A stretch of 32,000 nucleotides of DNA from Halalkalibacterium halodurans (GTDB taxonomy: Bacteria; Bacillota; Bacilli; Bacillales; Bacillaceae_D). The stretch covers positions 23,354 to 55,353 of the forward strand of contig NZ_SNUY01000022.1 of NCBI RefSeq assembly GCF_004376175.1. Reading direction: 5' to 3'. Shown here in pieces: positions 10,688 through 18,963 of the stretch (the stretch's first letter is position 1; each line of letters opens with the position of its first letter). Made by a program: the position numbers and the translations under genes. The notes beneath the pieces are model-generated. The model saw only the letters and a list, made by a program, of their open reading frames with translations. It searched no databases and had not been told where the DNA came from.

Positions 10688-10764
10688 ATAGAAAAAATAC
10701 ACTTTTTTTATGTTCATTTATTTTACATCGTGTTAGGAAGAAAAATACAAAGGAGGGAAGATCC

Positions 10765-11304
10765 ATGCATCGTGTCACGTTCGTTGAGCTTTTCAATCAC
10801 CATATTACACAAAAATACGTCAAGCGTTCCGGGATGGCACATGCAATCGCTTGTGCGTACCATGCGCTTCAACTGGCCAAACAATACGGGGTCGACCCTG
10901 ATCTGGCAACAAAAGCAGCCTTTCTCCATGATATTGGTCACTATACTTGGTATCGTAATGGTTCATGGGATTACGACTTATATAAAGAGAACGACATCCA
11001 CGCCATTAAAGGAGCCGAGCGAGCACACAAACTCCTCATCCGTTTAGGCGAGCACCCGAAAAAGGCGAAGGAAATTGCTCTCGCCATCTTACTCCATACT
11101 GATTCATATTTACCAGAGGGGAAGTTGGAGCTCAGTCCGTTGCAAAAAGTTGTTGCTCTTGCCGATGAAGCAGACGAAGAACCAAAGGGCCGCCACCATT
11201 ATCGAACCATTTCAGACGAGAAAGCGTTAGAAGCACTTCACCGCTTAGATCAGCTTATCGTCAAAGCACTACAGGAACATGACCTCTATCAAAAAACGGT
11301 TTGA
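10765..11304 (+). CDS. HD-domain phosphohydrolase, stand-alone (179 aa)
   Basis: It carries the FLHDIGH motif. AAAGGAGGG lies 7 nt upstream of the ATG at 10765. The 52 codons upstream in the track ORF overlap the promoter. Confidence 0.8.
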   Translation: MHRVTFVELFNHHITQKYVKRSGMAHAIACAYHALQLAKQYGVDPDLATKAAFLHDIGHYTWYRNGSWDYDLYKENDIHAIKGAERAHKLLIRLGEHPKKAKEIALAILLHTDSYLPEGKLELSPLQKVVALADEADEEPKGRHHYRTISDEKALEALHRLDQLIVKALQEHDLYQKTV

Positions 11305-11316
11305 CGACCAATTTTA

Positions 11317-11367
11317 CTCTTTTGAAGATCGTGCAATTCGGGCACACTCTTCAAGAGAGTTTTTTTA
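11317..11367 (+). terminator. Terminator after the HD gene
   Basis: 11-bp stem CTCTTTTGAAG (11317-11327) / CTTCAAGAGAG (11349-11359) with one G-U pair, followed by T7. Confidence 0.75.
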
Positions 11368-11391
11368 TTTGCGCAAATGGAGGGATGTCTC

Positions 11392-12384
11392 ATGGTGTTC
11401 GTTTGGTTTATCGTCGCCGCCATTGTCACAATACTTACCGCAATTAAGCTTTCCAACTATGCTGATACGATCGGTGAGAAATCAACATTAGGTGGGATGC
11501 TAGTCGGGACCATTTTTTTAGCAGGGGCTACATCATTGCCGGAAATTACAACGACCGTGTCTGCGATCGTTTTAAATAACCCCGATCTTGCCGTTGGGAA
11601 TGTATTAGGAAGCAATATGTTTAATTTATTAATTTTAGCTACGTTAGACTTATATTTTCGGCGGGCACAACTGTTTCGTGGAGCTGATACATCTCACTTT
11701 TTTACCGCTAGCATCGGGCTTCTCCTTGCAATGGTTACGTTAATCGCCATTACCTTACGACTAGACGTAACGCTTTTAGGGATCGGGATCGATATGCTTG
11801 TTTTGATCGTGGTTTACGCCTTTGGAATGAAGTTACTTTCAGCGGTTCGAAATGATCCTGTGCCTGAAAGTCAAACAATTGATCAAGAGGACAATCGACC
11901 GGTAAAGAAAGATGTTTCTTTACGACACGCAATGATCGGTTTTGCTATATCTGCTATAGTCATCATGGGAGCTGGAACGCTTCTCACGGTAACAGGGGAC
12001 GAAATTGCTGTCGTCACAGGGCTGGGCTCCAGCTTTGTTGGCAGCTTCCTCATTGCCGCAACCACCTCTCTCCCTGAAGGGGTATCGGTGTTCGTCGCCC
12101 TGCGATTGAAGAACATCAACCTTGCACTCGGTTCCGTCCTCGGTAGCAACTTGTTTAACTTTTTAATCTTAGGGGTTTCGGACATTCTTTATAGACCAGG
12201 CTCAATCATTGCTGCCATTTCGCCTGTTCACCAGCTTACCGCAGCAGCTGTCGGCATTTTATGTTTGATGACACTTTATGCGTTGCTCCGCCCGGCCGAG
12301 CAGTCGAAACGGATGTATTTAATGCCTTCGCTCGTATTGATTGTCTTTTATTTTTTCTCTTCTTATCTTATTTTCGTTCAATGA
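11392..12384 (+). CDS. Na+/Ca2+ exchanger (CaCA) family cation antiporter
   Basis: Two alpha-repeat motifs, GNVLGSNMFNLLILA and GSVLGSNLFNFLILG, in a multi-TM protein. GGAGGG lies 7 nt upstream of the ATG at 11392. Confidence 0.85.
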   Translation: MVFVWFIVAAIVTILTAIKLSNYADTIGEKSTLGGMLVGTIFLAGATSLPEITTTVSAIVLNNPDLAVGNVLGSNMFNLLILATLDLYFRRAQLFRGADTSHFFTASIGLLLAMVTLIAITLRLDVTLLGIGIDMLVLIVVYAFGMKLLSAVRNDPVPESQTIDQEDNRPVKKDVSLRHAMIGFAISAIVIMGAGTLLTVTGDEIAVVTGLGSSFVGSFLIAATTSLPEGVSVFVALRLKNINLALGSVLGSNLFNFLILGVSDILYRPGSIIAAISPVHQLTAAAVGILCLMTLYALLRPAEQSKRMYLMPSLVLIVFYFFSSYLIFVQ

Positions 12385-12403
12385 GTGGAACAAAAAAGGA
12401 AAA

Positions 12404-12431
12404 CATCCACTAAGCCTTAACTTAGTGGATG
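12404..12431. terminator. Shared hairpin terminator between the convergent antiporter and oxidoreductase genes
   Basis: Perfect 11-bp arms CATCCACTAAG (12404-12414) / CTTAGTGGATG (12421-12431). T-rich sequence follows on the minus strand. Confidence 0.7.
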
Positions 12432-12976
12432 TCCATTATTTCGTCCATGATTTCTTCTGTTAGCACTCCATTATATCGTTTTACAATGGTTCCTTCTTCA
12501 TCTAGGATAAGCGTTGTCGGGATGCCGATCACTTGATAAGTCTCCATGACCTCTCCATCTGTATCGAGTAACGGATCAAATTCCGCGCGATAATGCTGGA
12601 CAAATGCTCGGACATCTTTAATAGAAGACTCTTGATTGGTCAAGTTTATCGCAAGGAATTGTCCACCTTTTTGCCTGTACTCTTTATCGAGCTTGACAAG
12701 AGAAGGCATTTCATCTTGACAGACAGGACACCACGTAGCAAAAAAATGGAGAATGACTGGTTGTCCGTGTAGTGAAGATAGGTCAACAACCTGACCCTTA
12801 AGCGTTGTTAAGGAAAACGGTACTGCGCGCTGTCCTACTTGAACCCCTTCATTAAATGTCGTGATCGCTTCCTTATCGACTGGTCGGTAAACGTGCTCTG
12901 ATTGACTGTAAAAGTAACCGACGGTACATAAGGCAAGAATAAGAAAACTTCGGTAAAATGCTTGCTTTCCTTTCAT
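12422..12976 (-). CDS. Membrane-anchored thioredoxin-like thiol-disulfide oxidoreductase (TlpA/ResA family)
   Basis: N-terminal TM anchor, WCPVC active site (FFATWCPVCQDEMP) and a GIPTT cis-Pro loop. RBS AAGGGGGA precedes the start. Confidence 0.85.
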   Translation of the reverse strand: MKGKQAFYRSFLILALCTVGYFYSQSEHVYRPVDKEAITTFNEGVQVGQRAVPFSLTTLKGQVVDLSSLHGQPVILHFFATWCPVCQDEMPSLVKLDKEYRQKGGQFLAINLTNQESSIKDVRAFVQHYRAEFDPLLDTDGEVMETYQVIGIPTTLILDEEGTIVKRYNGVLTEEIMDEIMDIH

Positions 12977-12991
12977 GACAATCCCCCTTTA

Positions 12992-12999
12992 AAGGACAA
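12992..12999. repeat. Left copy of the 8-bp target-site duplication AAGGACAA of the IS6-like element
   Basis: It is identical to 14833-14840 and directly abuts the terminal inverted repeat. Confidence 0.75.
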
Positions 13000-13149
13000 C
13001 GTATTGTCAAAACTTTATATAGAAATAGGTTAATAAATCCTATATTAGAGGGCTTTATAAGCAAAAAACTTGCCACCCCCCTGAATTCTAAGGTATTGAT
13101 GAGGTAACCACACGACATCAATCCCCTTAAGAAAAAAGGATGTGACAAG

Positions 13150-14583
13150 TTGTTACCTCAAATTATAACCTATTTACTTATGTTAATAAACTATCAAGAA
13201 CAAATGATTCGAACGTTGCTTACCCTACTGATTGGGAAAAGCATGTTTGATAAGCCAATAGAAGCGCCAGTGAACAAACCTTATCGGAAACTTCAAGTCG
13301 ACGATCTGCCGATCATTGAAGTACCAGAAAAACTTGATTTTAAACAGTTATTAACTGAGCATCTGGCGGCGAATGGAAAGCCTCTTAAACCGGTACAGAG
13401 ACGTTCTAATTCAACACCTGTTCCTGCGTCAATGAAATGTCCAAAGTGTGGTGCTCCATCCGAGTATTTGTATGCCAATAATGGAGGGAAAGGACAGTTT
13501 CAATGTAAGGTGTGTTCCTGTCTTTTTAATCAAAAAAGCCGCTATCTCAAAGAGGCCATCCTTAAGTGCCCTCACTGTGCCAAGACTCTTGAAAAAATCA
13601 AGGAAAGAAAAGACTTTAATGTGTTTAAGTGTAAAAACAATGACTGTTCCTACTACCAAAAGAAATTGAGTAGAATGTCACAAAAAGAGAAAAAACGGTT
13701 CAAAGAAGACCCTCAAGCCTTTAAAATGCGGTATATTTACCGCCAGTTTCACATTGACTATCAACCGTTAGCGAAACATTCACCCAAGAAGCCAAAAGTC
13801 GATTTATCAAGGCTTTATGTGTCTCCACATACACTTGGACTCATTCTGACGTATCACGTGAATTACGGGCTATCCGCTCGTAAAACAGCTGCACTGATGA
13901 AAGATATTCATGGTGTATCCATTTCTCACCAAAGCATTTTAAACTACGAAAACAGTGTAGCACTTACGCTTAAGCCTTACGTCGACCACTACCCTTATGA
14001 GCTTTCAGATCAATTCTGTGGTGACGAAACGTATATCCGTGTGAATGGTCGTTGGCACTATCTGTTTTTCTTTTTTGATGCGGTGAAAAAGGTGATTCTC
14101 TCATACCCTGTCTCACCAAATCGAGACACAGCGACCGCCATTCGAGCGATTGACGAAGTATTACTTAAGCTGAAAGAGATTCCTGAGAACCTTACATTCG
14201 TTGTCGATGGAAACCCAATCTACTTGTTAGCACAGCATTTCTTTTCCCAACATGAGATTCCATTTGACGTAATACAAGTCATCGGCTTAACCAATGAAGA
14301 TGAAGTCTCCAAGGAATATAGACCGCTAAAACAGATTATTGAGAGACTGAATCGAACCTTTAAAGGCAACTACCGATCCACTCACGGATTCGGGTCAGAA
14401 CAAGGATCCGTATCATTTGTGACCTTATTTGTGGCTTACTTCAACTTTCTAAGACCGCATTCAGCCTTGGAAGGTAAAGTTCCTGTTCTCATTCCAGAGT
14501 TAGAACAACTTCCAAACATGCCAGCACGCTGGACCAAGCTGATTGACTTAGCTCAACAATGGTTGATTGATCAGACTGCCTAG
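13150..14583 (+). CDS. DDE transposase with an IS6-type catalytic core and an N-terminal double zinc-ribbon extension
   Basis: The core reads GDETYIRVNGRWHYLFFFFD ... VVDGNPIY ... IIERLNRTFK. The N-terminal part has CPKC..CKVC and CPHC..CKNNDC. The start is uncertain: a TTG at 13150 with a weak RBS, or ATGs at 13204 and 13243. Confidence 0.85.
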   Translation: MLPQIITYLLMLINYQEQMIRTLLTLLIGKSMFDKPIEAPVNKPYRKLQVDDLPIIEVPEKLDFKQLLTEHLAANGKPLKPVQRRSNSTPVPASMKCPKCGAPSEYLYANNGGKGQFQCKVCSCLFNQKSRYLKEAILKCPHCAKTLEKIKERKDFNVFKCKNNDCSYYQKKLSRMSQKEKKRFKEDPQAFKMRYIYRQFHIDYQPLAKHSPKKPKVDLSRLYVSPHTLGLILTYHVNYGLSARKTAALMKDIHGVSISHQSILNYENSVALTLKPYVDHYPYELSDQFCGDETYIRVNGRWHYLFFFFDAVKKVILSYPVSPNRDTATAIRAIDEVLLKLKEIPENLTFVVDGNPIYLLAQHFFSQHEIPFDVIQVIGLTNEDEVSKEYRPLKQIIERLNRTFKGNYRSTHGFGSEQGSVSFVTLFVAYFNFLRPHSALEGKVPVLIPELEQLPNMPARWTKLIDLAQQWLIDQTA

Positions 14584-14625
14584 CTTTTGTTTAGCTGAGC
14601 CCTAACATCAGCAATCGGCGTAGCG

Positions 14626-14753
14626 AACTCTTGACAAACCGAACTTGCCAATGGTTTAAAATGGAAATAACCAAGGGCTATTTGGTATGCCTTCTTTTGT
14701 CCCCTTCGCCCTTGTTTAGCCTTAGTCAAAACCATTGGCGTGTTTGTCAAGAG
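14626..14753. repeat. Internal outward-facing pair of IR-like sequences that can form a long hairpin in the IS 3' non-coding region
   Basis: CTCTTGACAAAC (14628-14639) is perfectly complementary to GTTTGTCAAGAG (14742-14753). CCAATGGTTT (14648-14657) is complementary to AAACCATTGG (14729-14738). CAAGGGC (14672-14678) is complementary to GCCCTTG (14708-14714). Confidence 0.7.
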
Positions 14754-14821
14754 CGATTGCGGGGCTCCTCCACCCACAAAAGAGAAAAGAACTGAATGCC
14801 TAGTGAGTTTTCATAGAACTT

Positions 14822-14852
14822 TTGACATTACCAAGGACAAACCTGTTATAAT
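14822..14852 (+). promoter_or_regulatory. Possible IS/flank hybrid promoter reading toward the small ORF and trpS
   Basis: TTGACA (14822-14827) lies inside the right IR and TATAAT (14847-14852) lies in flanking DNA. The 19-bp spacer is longer than optimal. Confidence 0.3.
14833..14840. repeat. Right copy of the 8-bp target-site duplication AAGGACAA
   Basis: It is identical to 12992-12999 and directly abuts the right inverted repeat. Confidence 0.75.
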
Positions 14853-14873
14853 AACGTATGTCCAAGGTTTCAA
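14845..14873 (-). promoter_or_regulatory. Probable native SigA promoter of the oxidoreductase gene, now separated from it by the IS
   Basis: The minus strand reads TTGAAA (14873-14868), a 17-bp spacer, then TATAAC (14850-14845). In the reconstructed empty site the -10 lies about 27 nt upstream of the ATG at 12976. Confidence 0.4.
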
Positions 14874-14899
14874 AAACATGCTTAAAGGAGGACTTACTC

Positions 14900-15079
14900 A
14901 TGACAAAGCTTCAAATGTATCAGCTTGTCGCTGTGCTCCTGTTAGTGGGATTCGTCATCTATTCCTACACTACAGACGTTCGTTACCACATACCTTTTTT
15001 TATTTTAGTTGCTTTAAACCTCGTCCTATGGGTGTTGCGCTTAAAGGAACGTTACAGCAAAAAACATACCGATGCTTAA
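14900..15079 (+). CDS. Small two-TM membrane protein (59 aa), hypothetical
   Basis: AAAGGAGGA (14884-14892) lies 7 nt upstream of the ATG. The product is MTKLQMYQLVAVLLLVGFVIYSY...IPFFILVALNLVLWVLRLKERYSKKHTDA. Confidence 0.55.
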   Translation: MTKLQMYQLVAVLLLVGFVIYSYTTDVRYHIPFFILVALNLVLWVLRLKERYSKKHTDA

Positions 15080-15175
15080 AAACTTACGGTGGCTCCACTA
15101 AGTTTACGAGCGGCATGCAATTCGTTAAGATAAGAGCATACATAGTCGTCAGCTGAACGATGATCATCTATCTGA

Positions 15176-16183
<1,008 letters not shown>

Positions 16184-16201
16184 TAACAAGAGTCATAAAA
16201 C

Positions 16202-16232
16202 AAAAAAGCAACGGTTTCCGTTGCTTTTTTGT
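16202..16232. terminator. Bidirectional terminator shared by trpS and the convergent small peptide gene
   Basis: Stem GCAACGG (16208-16214) / CCGTTGC (16218-16224), flanked by A6 and T6. Confidence 0.85.
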
Positions 16233-16355
16233 TTAATACCCATTATTCTTTTTCCATATTTTCCCCACAAACAGGGACAGACCAATTGTTCCTACAAGTA
16301 GGACAACGGTTAACACTTGCATAACACCATAGGCAAAACCGTCCATCGTATCCAT
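16233..16355 (-). CDS. 40-aa hydrophobic peptide with a basic C-terminus (MDTMDGFAYGVMQVLTVVLLVGTIGLSLFVGKIWKKNNGY)
   Basis: GGAGGGG lies 8 nt upstream of the ATG at 16355. The longer 78-aa GTG-initiated version in the track has no RBS and would begin inside a hairpin. Confidence 0.45.
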   Translation of the reverse strand: MDTMDGFAYGVMQVLTVVLLVGTIGLSLFVGKIWKKNNGY

Positions 16356-16391
16356 CGTCGCTTCCCCTCCCCTACAAAATCCGTTATGTAC

Positions 16392-16421
16392 ATTATAAAG
16401 GAAGGGCTCATCTTGTGTAAA
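16392..16421 (-). promoter_or_regulatory. Possible SigA promoter dedicated to the 40-aa peptide gene
   Basis: The minus strand reads TTTACA (16421-16416), an 18-bp spacer, then TATAAT (16397-16392). This is about 35 nt upstream of the ATG. Confidence 0.35.
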
Positions 16422-16475
16422 GGTAACCGGAATGCCTCGTAGAGAGGATAGAATGTGGAATCGTTCCACCTTCTA

Positions 16476-17222
16476 TCACTTCACGCTCTCACCGTGTTCA
16501 AGTTCCCATAATTTCTCAAAGAAAGCTTGTCCTTTGATTAAAGACTCACAAAAATGATAATGGTGTTCACTCCAACCTTGTCGAACGTCACGGTAAAGCG
16601 TCTCCCACGCCTGATGATGATCCATTCCTTGAATTTCATCGTACCTGTCAGGCTCCCATTCCGTTAACCAATACCGTATTTCTGCCTCATTTCCTGATGT
16701 AAATAGTTGATCCAACGCCATATAAAGTAGTTGCTTCAACTGACGTTCCTTCCTTGTCAGCCCTTTCATTTCCATTGGATCTGGCGAAAGAATGTGGTGT
16801 TCCTTTTTCGGTTCGTGTCCTTGAAGATCGTAGCAAATGTCCGATTCATTTTGAAGCAATTCATAAACGAGCTGCTCTTGACGGGGAGTAAGACGACTTT
16901 TGCGAATCGGAGTTTTGTACCCCATCGTATCAACGGCAATGATTCGTTCACCATCACTCGCCACAAAGGCGTAATCAAGCTGTATTCGTGACATATTTTT
17001 TCGCAAATAGCTTTTTTGATACACATCTTGTAACAAATCCTCTGGAAGATCGCTCATTTGATTTTCGATATAATCAAAAAGCGGTGGACTGACACGAACC
17101 ACAACCACTTGATCTAATACTTCAATTCGGTCATCGCTTCTCCATTCAAAGAAATCACAGACGTTATACCCGTTTTCTTCACCTTCGAACCAGTTTACCC
17201 ACACGTCTCGCATATGAACCAT
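16476..17222 (-). CDS. yjbA: UPF0736 protein YjbA
   Basis: The product [28 protein letters not shown]...[12 protein letters not shown]... matches B. subtilis YjbA along its length. RBS AAGGGGG precedes the start. Confidence 0.9.
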
Positions 17223-17315
17223 TCGATTAGCCCCCTTTGCTCAGTTATTTGTATCAACAGTATGGTCAGAGGGAAGCCAGTTTATTCCACAATCACTATA
17301 AACATTCAACGGCTA

Positions 17316-17543
17316 CTAGTATCTTCCTCTTCTTTTTCGTCGACGAATATCGGGGAAAAGTAAGGCAGCTACAAATAAACTAAAACCGAGAATCATGAGA
17401 TACAGTTCAAAACGAAACACGATAAATAGGACATAATGAGTAAAGCTGTAGCCTGTCGTCAGTAAGCTTAAATACGCGAGCAAACTAATGCAGCCATACA
17501 AACCAGCACAAAGGCCAATGAAGGCTAACACGAAGCGAATCAT
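17316..17543 (-). CDS. Small integral membrane protein (75 aa), hypothetical
   Basis: Three hydrophobic segments and an RRRKRRGRY tail. Its start overlaps the yjaZ stop (ATGA), which suggests translational coupling. Confidence 0.6.
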   Translation of the reverse strand: MIRFVLAFIGLCAGLYGCISLLAYLSLLTTGYSFTHYVLFIVFRFELYLMILGFSLFVAALLFPDIRRRKRRGRY

Positions 17544-18421
17544 GAGTGATCACGAGAAATTTCTCGACCTCTCACTGCAACAGCTCTTCCCCGTTTTGCA
17601 GAAAAAGAACGCTGCAAAATCGTCTCTGCTTCCATTTTCATCATCGAGGTTGTCGTTAGCGTAGGATCATTTTTCATCGCCTGATCAACAATACGATAGC
17701 CTAAATAGTACCCAGCCCATTCAGGAATCCCCCCTACTCCACCAAATAAATATGGATAATGTCGATCCCGTCCTTTCATCATCCGTTGCTCTAAAAGAAG
17801 CGCCCATAACGAATGGAGGTCCGCTTTGTCGTACCGTGATGTCCAAATTGCTAGTGCATCACGTCCCACTTCTTCGGCCACAGCTTTTTCAGCTAGACCT
17901 TCCATTACCATTGATTCGAGAAGGGTCATCGTCCCTTCATACAGCTTCAATTGGGTGAGCCGACAGCAATGGTGGTACTCGTGTGTCACAAGGGCTTGAA
18001 CATCTTGATCAGAAGTCATTTCACCAATAAACAATACAATCTTGTCACGGTAACTAACACCCATTTTCATTCCTAATTGCTCACGAATCGTCGGATTTGC
18101 TGTATTGACGGGAAAAAGATAGATCGGAACATTAGGCCCCTTCCACTTTTCTCTAAGTTCTGTATATTGTTTATGAACCAAATGCCAAATGGCTCGATCC
18201 TGTAACGCACGGTAGCTTAGTTCAATATCATCCGTTGGTAAAAACAATCCTTGTCCTAGAAGCTGTTGCTGTAATTCATCGAGGTGATCGGTATGAAAAG
18301 CATCTTTTAGTAGCGAGATGATTAACTTTTGCTGAAGCTCAAACTTCTCACCCGCTACTTGCGCTTTCGGCCATTGAACAACATACCGCTTGAGCCATTT
18401 ATCTGTGCGGACAACCCCCAT
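17540..18421 (-). CDS. yjaZ: DUF2268-type putative zinc metalloprotease (YjaZ-like)
   Basis: It has an HEYHH motif and lies between fabF-side genes and yjbA as B. subtilis yjaZ does. I preferred the ATG at 18421 because GAGGTGA lies 5 nt upstream. Confidence 0.75.
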   Translation of the reverse strand: MGVVRTDKWLKRYVVQWPKAQVAGEKFELQQKLIISLLKDAFHTDHLDELQQQLLGQGLFLPTDDIELSYRALQDRAIWHLVHKQYTELREKWKGPNVPIYLFPVNTANPTIREQLGMKMGVSYRDKIVLFIGEMTSDQDVQALVTHEYHHCCRLTQLKLYEGTMTLLESMVMEGLAEKAVAEEVGRDALAIWTSRYDKADLHSLWALLLEQRMMKGRDRHYPYLFGGVGGIPEWAGYYLGYRIVDQAMKNDPTLTTTSMMKMEAETILQRSFSAKRGRAVAVRGREISRDHS

Positions 18422-18559
18422 CAGTCTCACCTCACGATCCTAATTGCTATTATTATTGTATGGGGATTTCCTAAAGAATGACCGGGCAATTTTTTATACT
18501 AGTTGTCCTTATTTTGCTACACTGAATAAAGATACTTGTGCAAGGGAGGCTTTCTCTAA

Positions 18560-18743
18560 ATGAAAACTGAACGAGAAAAGCAGCGTGACGTCTATTACGA
18601 CCTTGTTCAAACATACGATCGAACAGTGAGTCAACTCAATGAACAAGGGGAACCATTTAGGGAAGGAAACACGTTTTACACATTTTCGATTCTATCGTGA
18701 GCAGCTCGATCAATTAGCCGCCATTTACCAATACTTTCAATAG
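18560..18743 (+). pseudogene. Small ORF apparently split by a 1-nt frameshift (46-aa ORF 18560-18700, continuing in the +1 frame to 18743)
   Basis: AGGGAGG lies 10 nt upstream of the ATG at 18560. The +1 frame is open from 18630 and encodes a plausible continuation, ...FRFYREQLDQLAAIYQYFQ*. T4 runs lie at 18674-18677 and 18683-18686. Confidence 0.35.
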
Positions 18744-18963
18744 GTTAGGGTGGAGCCAGCAAAAAGGACCAATGAAGAGAATCAAGACGCTCGCTTTAAA
18801 ACAATTTCATGCGTTCGTATCATCCCTAAATAAGACAGGACAACGAGTCATTTGCCACCGATAAATCACGGGCTTTTTGAACATCCTCTATAAAGGTGTA
18901 TCGTTTTTTAGAAAAATAGTGTACAATGAACGATATTTATTTGATGCAAAAAGGAGCAAACGT

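Larger units (their letters stand above)
13000..14832 (+). mobile_element. IS6/IS26-like insertion sequence (1833 bp)
   Basis: The terminal inverted repeats are CGTATTGTCAAAACTT (from 13000) and, read inward from 14832, GGTAATGTCAAAAGTT (13 of 16 identical). Both resemble IS26/IS257-type ends. The element is flanked by the 8-bp direct repeat AAGGACAA and encodes a single DDE transposase. Confidence 0.75.

Noticed and set aside
15076-15110. The T-box-like string AACTTACGGTGGCTCCACTAAG upstream of trpS.
   Set aside because: It matches the AATTAGGGTGGTACCGCG consensus at only about 13 of 18 positions and needs an indel. There is no downstream terminator helix with a U-run, no SD-sequestering helix and no recognisable Stem I or specifier loop upstream. 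The upstream sequence also looks protein-coding.
14580-15156. Track ORFs 14580-14777 (minus strand, 65 aa) and 14740-15156 (plus strand, 138 aa).
   Set aside because: Neither has an RBS. They run through the IS tail hairpin, the right inverted repeat and the target duplication, and they overlap the better-supported 59-aa ORF in another frame. Both are most likely non-coding.
16356-16469. The 78-aa version of ORF 16233-16469, starting at a GTG 6 nt after the yjbA stop.
   Set aside because: The start lies inside the post-yjbA hairpin with no RBS. The N-terminal 38 residues span a promoter-like region. The internal ATG at 16355 has a strong RBS.
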